64,000 bases of DNA from Octopus sinensis. Lineage: Eukaryota. The notes under the pieces were generated by a model that searched no databases, had not been told where the DNA came from, and saw only the letters and a list, made by a program, of their open reading frames with translations. Shown here piece after piece: positions 55,173 to 64,000 of the stretch (within the stretch, counting starts at the first letter, position 1; each line of letters begins with the position of its first letter). Both the position numbers and the translations under genes were made by a program. Where the stretch lies: assembly GCF_006345805.1 (NCBI RefSeq), contig NC_043001.1, positions 54,064,001-54,128,000 of the forward strand. Reading direction: 5' to 3'.

Positions 55173-56086
55173 AAAAAAGAAAGAAAGTAGTCTACGGAGA
55201 TGCAAGAGTTAAGTGGCGGTGAAGCTGGAAACCCGTCGAATAACAGAGTTCATCTTCCCATTTATCCCTTTCGTTTTCTATACTATTCGTCCGAAAATAA
55301 TCCACTCTTATAGACGTGCTGTGTTCAAAAACAATATAAATCGGATTTGGTCAAAAATCGTATATTGTAAAGCAGCGGCTGGTAAGAATATTAGATGAAC
55401 TTCTGCATCTCTTGGACATTTTCAATAACATATGCTCAAAGCCTAGCATTTTCTTAGACGAAATTAGGCGCACCTTCTTAGGAAAACAGTGAAAAAATAA
55501 TTACTAGTGTTACTAATACGCGTCCGGCTGTGTAAATAACACATCAGTAAATCATTCAAAATCATTTAAAATAACATGTTAATATCTCATCCTGAGATCA
55601 TATTTCATATGGATATGGTATGTTTAAAAATACATGTATAACGTTAATGATTTAAATGTGACTTCCTAAATCACTTACTATATATATAGTAAGGCGTTGT
55701 CCCAACATGTTCGCAGTCTAATGACTGAAACAAATAAGAGAATAAATAATATGTTTGTGTGTAAAAGCGAGAAAGAGAGGAAGACACAGAGAGAGAGACA
55801 CACGTCCGGATAATGTTGTTTGTTGACGACCTGCTGTCGCCCTTGTTTGTCAGTCTCTCTTCGCGCCACCAATGTTGTCCAAGGGAAAAGCCGATACAAC
55901 TTGGCACCAATGACGTCGTAACTCATTTCTACAGCTGAGTAAACTGAAGTAACATGAAATAAGGTGTCTTCATGAAAAGGACATCACACAGCGCAGCCTG
56001 GAATCGAACTTACAATCATACGATTGTAAACCCAACGTTCCGAGCCATATATATATACGATTCAAATATATATACGCTACTGAGCC

Positions 56087-56207
<121 letters not shown>

Positions 56208-56230
56208 CAGCACATATCAATTCGGCATTT

Positions 56231-56900
56231 AGTCTTGTTCGAAGTAGTCCTCTTCTGAATCCACAGGCTTTATCCAGTGCCGTTTCCATTGATGTGAGCC
56301 TTCTTGAACTCATTTTCGGGGGTAACGAGCAGCTGCCAAGTTGCGTTCTCTTGGATTTCCTCGACGTCTTGAAACTCCCTTCCTTTTAAGTGGAATTTGA
56401 TTTTTCGATATAGGAAAAGTTACAAGGGGTGACATCAGGGGAATATGGTGGCTGTCGGACCTGGAGAATATTATGCTTTGCCAAAAACTGTTACGCAATC
56501 TGCATTGAATGGGCAAGTGTGTTGATATGGTGGAGTTTCCACTCACAAGACGCATGCAATTCTGTCATTTTCTGATTAACAGATCACACGAATACTGAGA
56601 CACGTGACGGTAATATACTGTTTGTTTACTGTCTGACCAAGTGGAGCATACTCATAATGAAGAATACACTTGCAGTCGAAGAACACTATCAATAGTGTTC
56701 TCATATTGATTCAATGACTTATTCATGCTTTCTTTGCTCTAACAGAGTTTCGAATCTTCCATTGATGCTGCTTATCTGCTCAGTATTTTCCAGCATGGTC
56801 GCTGACAGAACTTATGTGCTGTGGTGAAAAGAACACACACTAGACAATTTACTTTTGACAAGATTTGTGAATATAAGAAGTGCGTATGACCGTTTTAACT
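56231..56900 (-). pseudogene. Mariner transposase remnant (catalytic domain to C-terminus)
   Basis: LLIVFFDCKCILHYEYAPLGQTVNKQY; WKLHHINTLAH; FLAKHNILQVRQPPYSPDVTPCNF; KFHLKGREFQDVEEIQ; DYFEQD*; disrupted by stops and frameshifts. Confidence 0.88.
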
Positions 56901-58029
56901 TACTGAGCTTGCAAGACAGAATTCAGGGTTAATCTGAGCTGAGAGGTTTCAGTTTCCATAATTTAGCTCCAGACCATGTTTAACTCAATAGCACCACCTA
57001 TGTATGTATGTATGTATGTATGTATGTATGTATGTATGTATGTATGTATGTATGTATGTATGTATGAGTGTGTGCGTGTGAGTATATATATGTGTTTGCC
57101 TGGATGGATGGATGGATGGATGGATATATGATATGATATATTATATCCTTGGCATTCCAATTACATACCATGAATTCTTATAAACGTTTGTACCTTTGTT
57201 TCATTCCACGCTTGACTGATATCATGCTAAAATATGTTAATCAAAAGCAAAAGTTGAAAATAGAAATTCGTTACGAACCATCTATCTATAGAATTCTCTC
57301 TTTGTTATTTCCAAATTTCACCACACCCTACTTAAACATCACAACCAGTTTTACCCTCTCTATCTTCTTCATCTCTTTTTCTTGTTTCTTTCTCTTTGTA
57401 CTTCTCTTTTTTCTCTTCGTACTTTTCTGCTTCCCTAACTACTTCCCATCTCATTTCATTCTCCTCCTCATAATACTATCGCCACTACTACAACTACTAC
57501 TACTGCTACTACTACTACTACTACTCTACTACTACTACAACTACTACTACTACTACTAATCAAAATTTTGCTTGCTAGAAACTACCAGGCTAATATTCTT
57601 CAAAGAGCTTATGACCCTAAATGTAGATTCTCCAACAAATTTGACGAACAAGAGACCACCTGGTCTTGGGATGTCCTTGCTCATACCAAACAAATCAAAA
57701 AATGAGTAGGACAGTATTTACATTGGAAAATATGGAAACATTATAAAATCAGCACTCCTGCTTACTTGTATGAACATCATCCTGAGCCAGTGGTTGAAGG
57801 TAAAAATGTCGCTTTCCTCAGGGATCTTCCAGTCAAAACCACCTGTATATGTATATATGTATATGTCCACATTCTTAGGAAAACCATATCAAATGTCTGA
57901 GTCGTATTACCCCTGCCACTTCCCCTCCTCAAGCTTTCAGTCATACTGTAACATATGTTATACTTCACTCGCCCGAGGGCGCTGGGTGTATCTCTGCAGG
58001 TGATTGTAACAAACATGCAGATTAAAAGT

Positions 58030-58290
58030 AAAGAAGAAGAAGAAGATGAAGAAGATGAAGAAGAAGAAAAAGAAGGAAAAGAAGAAGATGAAGAAGAGCA
58101 AGAAGAAGAAGAAGAAAACGAAGAAGAAGAAGAAGAAGAAGAAAAAGAGGAAGAAGAAGAAAACGAAAAAGAAGAAGAAGAAGAAGAAGAAGAAGAAGAA
58201 GAAGAAGAAAAGAAGAAGAAGAAGAAGAAGACGAGGAAGAAGAAGAAGAAGAAGAAGAAGAAGAAGAAGAAGAAGAAGAAGAAGAAGAAG
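58030..58290 (+). repeat. (GAA)n-rich compound microsatellite
   Basis: Direct reading; explains the poly-E/K ORFs. Confidence 0.97.
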
Positions 58291-58569
58291 AGTGCGGCTG
58301 TAATCGAATGAAGAATATTTCGACATCTCGTGTGTCTTCAACAAGTTCGAAATAAACCTCTCAATCTACTTCATTTTAGTAATATTTAAAGGAGTTCTAT
58401 ACATTCTGGAGGTGTAACGTTAGTCCTTTAAATATTACCAAACTGAAGTAGATTGTGATGTTTATTTTTAACTTGTGGAAGATACACGAGATGTCGTAAT
58501 ATTGTTCATTCGATAACAGTCGCACTCTTATTATTATTAATATCATTATTATTATTATTATTATTATTA

Positions 58570-58603
<34 letters not shown>

Positions 58604-58665
58604 ATAATAATAATAATAATAATATAATAATAATAATAAAATAATAATAATAATAATAATAATAA

Positions 58666-60429
58666 TGACCAACAACTGACCAACAAATGACCAACAACTC
58701 AAGGGCTTGCTAGCGATTGTCAAACAATTCAGTGATGACATCAGAATGCAATTTGGCCTCGATAAGTGCGCAAAAGCTACCTTTATCAAAGGAAAAATGA
58801 CAGAAACATCTAACGTTAACCTTGACCAGCAGAATGTCATAAAAGAATTAGACCCAGCAGAGAACTACAAGTATCTAGGGGTAATTGAAGGAGAAGGAAT
58901 AAGGCATTCAGAGATGAAGGAAAGGATCATGAGAGAATGTTATCGCAGAGTAAGAGCAATACTCAAGACAGAGCTGAATGCGAGAAACAGGATCGAAGCG
59001 ATCAATGCATTAGCCATACCAGTCGTGACTTACAGTTTCAATATCGTTAACTGGTCAATTACTGAAATATGTAATCTTGACAGAAAAATACGAAAACTGT
59101 TGACAATGCATAGAATGCACCACCCTAAGGCAGATACAGAACGACTTTATCTGCCAAGGAAAGAGGGAGGTCGTGGACTTTTACAACTAGCAATAACAAT
59201 GAAGATTGCTACAATTGGCCTAGACACCTACCTGAAAAAGTCTGAGGACTGGATGTTAAAACTTGTCTCAAAACATGAAAACAAGAAAGCATCATACTTA
59301 GTAACAAAACAGGCAAAGGAATATCTAAGTGAATTCCGAATACAACAAATTTCGGAATTAGAGATAGACATACAAGAAACAGGCACAGAAAAAGCTAAGC
59401 GCATGAAAACCCGTGCTAAATCTGCGGCCTTAGATATTCTGAATGATAAATGGCAAGAAAAACCTCTCTATGGCAAATACCCAAAGAGAGCAAATAATGC
59501 AGATGTTGACAAAGTCCTGACCCATCAATGGCTAATGGCCTCTGGCTTAAAATCTGAAACAGAGGGGTTTATCATAGCAGCTCAAGATCAATGCTTACCA
59601 ACAAGAAACTACCAGGCCAACATATTAAAGATCAGAAGCAGTCCAACGTGTCGTGTATGCAAGCAACAAAATGAAACCATTGACCATGTGGTCTCCAAGT
59701 GCAGTCTTCTAGCGCCTACAGAGTATCTCAACAGGCACGATAGAGCTGCACAATATATTCACTGGGTAATCTGCAAAAACCTGGATTTGCCCCATGAAAA
59801 AAACTGGTGGGAACACAAACCACCCCCAGTGCTTGAAAATGACCACATCTCACTCCTCTGGAACTTCACCATTCAAACTGACAGAAAGATAGATGCAAAT
59901 AGGCCAGACATCATATTGAAAGACTTCAAACAAAGAACATTCCTCCTCATTGATATGACTGTCCCAATCGATATAAACGTATTTGTCAAGACCTACCAAA
60001 AACTGAGCAAATATAAAGATCTTGAAGTAGAAATCAGCAAAATGTGGAACCTGAAGACTAAAACAATACCTGTTGTCATAGGTGCCCTGGGAATGATAGC
60101 AAAAGGGGCTGATAGCTACCTAACTCAGATACCAGGAAACCCAAAAATGGCAGAAATTCAAAAGATAGTGCTCATGGGAACTGCTCATATCCTACGCAAA
60201 ATACTTTCTATGTAATCTCAAGGTTTAAAACAAACATAATTTTCGGTTTAAAAAAAAATTTTTTTTTTAACTTTTTTTTAAGCATTCATTAGTACAACAC
60301 TCCCACCCCCCAAATATATGGCACACAAGGCATAACAACAACATGAACTTCCAACCTTGTTGTCTCTTGAGGTCTCTGGGTGAGACTTGGAGCCAACTTG
60401 TACAAATATAAAACAAAAGTCAAACATAG
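58666..60429 (+). mobile_element. 5'-truncated R4/Dong-clade non-LTR retrotransposon inserted in a (TAA)n tract
   Basis: Flanked by (ATT)n/(AAT)n at ~58530-58665 and (AAT)n at ~60430-60454; ORF followed by a ~215-bp 3' UTR. Confidence 0.88.
58707..60215 (+). CDS. RT C-terminal region, CCHC knuckle and restriction-like endonuclease (partial ORF; the start is not a true initiation)
   Basis: FGLDKCAK; RLYLPRKEGGRGL; CRVCKQQNETIDHVVSKC; RHD; NRPDII..LIDMTVP..KLSKYKDL; open for 502 codons. Confidence 0.92.
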   Translation: MLAIVKQFSDDIRMQFGLDKCAKATFIKGKMTETSNVNLDQQNVIKELDPAENYKYLGVIEGEGIRHSEMKERIMRECYRRVRAILKTELNARNRIEAINALAIPVVTYSFNIVNWSITEICNLDRKIRKLLTMHRMHHPKADTERLYLPRKEGGRGLLQLAITMKIATIGLDTYLKKSEDWMLKLVSKHENKKASYLVTKQAKEYLSEFRIQQISELEIDIQETGTEKAKRMKTRAKSAALDILNDKWQEKPLYGKYPKRANNADVDKVLTHQWLMASGLKSETEGFIIAAQDQCLPTRNYQANILKIRSSPTCRVCKQQNETIDHVVSKCSLLAPTEYLNRHDRAAQYIHWVICKNLDLPHEKNWWEHKPPPVLENDHISLLWNFTIQTDRKIDANRPDIILKDFKQRTFLLIDMTVPIDINVFVKTYQKLSKYKDLEVEISKMWNLKTKTIPVVIGALGMIAKGADSYLTQIPGNPKMAEIQKIVLMGTAHILRKILSM

Positions 60430-60456
60430 AATAATAATAATAATAATAATAATAAA

Positions 60457-62115
60457 AGGTGGAGTACTTGCGCAGACTGAGACAGATACCTAAGTCGAAA
60501 TTAAACGAACAGAATAAGATTGAAGCTACCAATACCTGGTCGGTTTCACTCCTTAGATACGGAGCAGGAGTAATCGCGTGGACAGTAGACGAACTAAACT
60601 GCTTAGGCAGAAAGACAAGTAAGTTGCTGACTAGATATGGGATACTCCATCCCAAAAATTACACAGACAGACTGTATGTACCAAGAAAAAGAGGGGAAGA
60701 GGACTGATTGGATGCGAACGCAACATTAGAACAGAAGAAAACAACATAGCACGGTATGTAAAAAAATTCCACACAGAGAAGATGAGAATGGAATGCTATG
60801 GCCGAGATAAATTAATACTGAAAACAGAGCTCAACGCGAAAAGCAAGATAATAGGTACCAACACTCTAGACGTCCCAGTTTATAAGTTACAGCAACAATA
60901 TTCTTAACTGGACTCTAAATGAACTAATCATGATAGACAGGAAAACAAGAAAAATAATGACAGGATTAAGGATGCACCACCTCAAAATCTGTCATACAGA
61001 GGCTATATATACAATGTATCGAAGGTGGTAGAGTCCTTATACAGCTAGAAAACTATTACAAAATAACTAACATAGGACTACAGAAATATCTACTTCTGAA
61101 GCAAGGAAAACTAATATAAATAACCACAAAACACAAATAAAACAAAAAACAGTTTTCTGTCTTTAAGGAAGCTGACAAATACAAAAAAGAAGTCATTGTA
61201 CCTAACAACTATGAGGAAAAAGAAGAAACAACAAAAACTGTAAAACAACAGCAACGTATCATGATAAAATGATGGCAAGAAGAGTCCCTACATAGCAAAT
61301 ATTGGGTTAACCTAAACAGAAAATAAATACACAAAGCAAAATCTCAACAATGGTCGAGAGGCTCAGGACTCAAAGCAGAGACTGAAGAATTTTTAATTGT
61401 AACACAAGATCAAAGCCTTCCCATCAGAAATCACCAAAAACACGTAATGAAAAGTAATACAAGTAACTTCAGAATATGTGGTGATGGGGAAGAAACAATA
61501 AATCATATCGTTTCTGGCTGCCCAGTCCTGGCTAAGAAAGAATATGTTCATAAACACAACTGAGTTGGGACCCATATACACTGGAAGCTATGCCAACACT
61601 ATGGAATAACAACAGAAGAAAATGATATAGAGACAGCCCAGAAAAGATTACAGAAAATGAGAAAGCAACCATACTCTGGATTATACCAATACACAAACAG
61701 AGAAATCAATGCCAATAAGCCAGACAGAGTTGTCAGAGTTGTCAGAGATCACCAAGAAAACATGCTTTCTAATCTATGTGTCAATACCAACAGATGCCAA
61801 TTTTTCTCTAAAAGAAATGGAGAAACTTACTAAGTACAATGATCTGGAAATGTAGGTAATTCTAATGTGGATCCTAAAAACAGAAACATTCCAGTTACAA
61901 TAGGTGCATTAGGTATGATAAAAAAAACATTCAGACAAATACATAACAAAAACACCAGAACTTAGAGCTCTACTAGGCACCGCACACATCCTATATAAAC
62001 ACTGACAATTCAATGAAAATAAGAGCACCACAACAAACCACCGCACATATCCAAGACACACAGAGCTGCGCTCGGTAGTGCAGTGCAAGCATGTGAGAAA
62101 AATAAGACTACTGAA
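60457..62115 (+). pseudogene. Two further decayed R4/Dong-like fragments (~60457-60775 and ~60776-62115)
   Basis: EYLRRLRQIPKSKLNEQNKIEATNTW..RLYVPRKRG; then MECY..LILKTELNAKSKII.., FRICGDGEETINHIVSGCP, LLGTAHIL; ends before aataacaataac. Confidence 0.82.
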
Positions 62116-62229
62116 TAACAATAACAATAATCCTTTCTGTGATAGGCATAAGGTCTGAAACTTTGGTGGGAGTGGGACAAGCGATTGCATCGACCCCACT
62201 ACTCACCTGGAAATTAATTTATGAAATCC

Positions 62230-62254
62230 GATTATGATAATAATAACAATAATG

Positions 62255-62333
<79 letters not shown>

Positions 62334-62345
62334 TATAATAATACC
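62230..62345. repeat. (TAA)n microsatellite
   Basis: Direct reading. Confidence 0.95.
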
Positions 62346-64000
62346 TAGTCTCATTTCTTTTCTTGTGGCATTTATCTAAACCATTTTGTTAGCTACAATT
62401 TTAAACAATAGCTTGGCTTTATACATGTAAACCAATAAAACATCTGTTGAGAATGCTTAATACTTCTCAACTGAAAATTTGATTATTTCAAAAACTACTT
62501 CTTTGAAGAGCTTGCCAACAGTTTACTAACCATATTTCAACTACGATTTGAACTAACCCTAACCCTAACCCTAACCATGCATATAACAAGTTAGTAAGAC
62601 TACAAGATGTACATTTTGTGGAAGATGATCCATAGTAAAACTTTAAGCTCTCTGCCAAACTTTTCCAAACTAAAATATATTCATACTCACAAAAAATTAC
62701 CAAAAATATATAATTACATCACCAGGAGGCAACTTCAGAATATATGTGTAATATCCCTTACAGCTATATGACGCAGTTGTCACATTTACTAGTATCTTCG
62801 TTATGTCTCTTTTCTTATCAGTACCAACAACATAAATTTTAATACATAACGTGATATAGAGAAATATGCGTCAAATAGAAGTTAGAATGCCTCTGCAATC
62901 GTTTTTAAATATAAGTGCAAAATTTCCATGTTCATATTGCAGCTAATATGCAGAAGTTTTCTTCTACCGATGTATCTTAAGTTTATTTATCATACGTTGA
63001 GTAACATGCTTGAAGTTTTCTGACTTATGGATTAACATTATTCTCTTCAGTTGTCTTAAGCTGTTTTATAGCAGGTGCAGCTTGGGGGATTTTTACTTTG
63101 TTTCTTTTATAGGCTTTCAGTTGACTATTATTGCATAAGCTTCACGTTACGTTTTAGGAGCATGGATGTTTTAATGTCAAATGATAGATGTACAGCTTAT
63201 GGCTCACAACATTGTGATCAAAGGCATTATGCGTGGAAAGACCAGACCCGGAACGAGAATAATCTTATGTCTTCTGAACTTGTGCTGCGAGAGCGGTCTG
63301 ACAACCATGGCTCCAGTTTCGAAGGAAAACATGCAGAATCTCAACTACGTTTGAGATCATTAAGAGCAGTATACTGAATATGCACTTCTGATTAAATATA
63401 CAGTGCATTAACTGTAATATATTTTTAATCAGGGCATACACATCCTCGATATAATATTTAACGATAAAACTAAGTTTCATTATATTATAAAGCAAACTTC
63501 GATTAAAATTCTTTAAAAGAATTACCGTAATGGATAATAGATAAAATAGGTGCATTGTGAGAATTTTGGGGAATTTTTTTATTATTATTATTTATGTTTT
63601 ATCACAGAAAATCGGCTTCTTTCCCTTTCTAATGTGAGAATTGTTAACCAGACATTTATTATTCTTTCAATGTTAAATATATTCGGCGGAAGATATTTTA
63701 CCAAATCCAGATTTATGAAGTACCTCCATAAAGAAGGTAAAGAAGCAACATGTAATCCAAAATTACGATTAGGTGCCATTGGTACAGATGCAATAGGAAG
63801 TCTAAGATATGGTTCTTTAATAGAGTGGTAGAGTAAATTATATAAGTACTAGGTGAAGAAGATAAACCCAAAACAATAGCGGATAAAGTGAAGCAAAGCA
63901 AATGCAACAAAAAGAATTAAAAAATAATACTAAAAAGGGAAAATTAGGGGAATGGATGTATCAAAATATAAACTAAAAATAAAAAAACAATATTTTTATC

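Noticed and set aside
55197-55411. Possible MITE with 14-bp imperfect TIRs
   Set aside because: No TSD; TIRs are short and mismatched.
62553-62576. (CCCTAA)n telomere-like repeat
   Set aside because: Only about four units, interstitial; no evidence of a telomeric context.

Overview
AT-rich, microsatellite-dense, repeat-dominated animal DNA. The SINE families point to an octopus genome (inference from memory, not a search). I recognise no host protein-coding exon; almost all short ORFs in the track are translated microsatellites. Recognisable content: a young 5'-truncated R4/Dong-type LINE with an open 502-aa RT-C-terminal/CCHC/RLE ORF, followed by two older fragments at TAA tracts; an RTE LINE remnant; mariner/Tc1 remnants; non-autonomous Helitrons; many SINEs; a Penelope-like (PLE) GIY-YIG fragment; and a probable solo LTR with a perfect heat-shock element. 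The main unannotated signal is a family of type I hammerhead ribozymes (HHRs). A ~532-bp tandem array (7821-11118) carries seven HHR copies, five on minus and two on plus after an inversion. Further unrelated HHR or HHR-like motifs sit in foldback (inverted-repeat) elements at ~0.3-2.3, 13.9-14.3 and 24.5-24.7 kb, all arranged head-to-head. This suggests a retrozyme/PLE-derived ribozyme system that builds foldbacks and tandem arrays. Folds were derived by eye and activity is untested.
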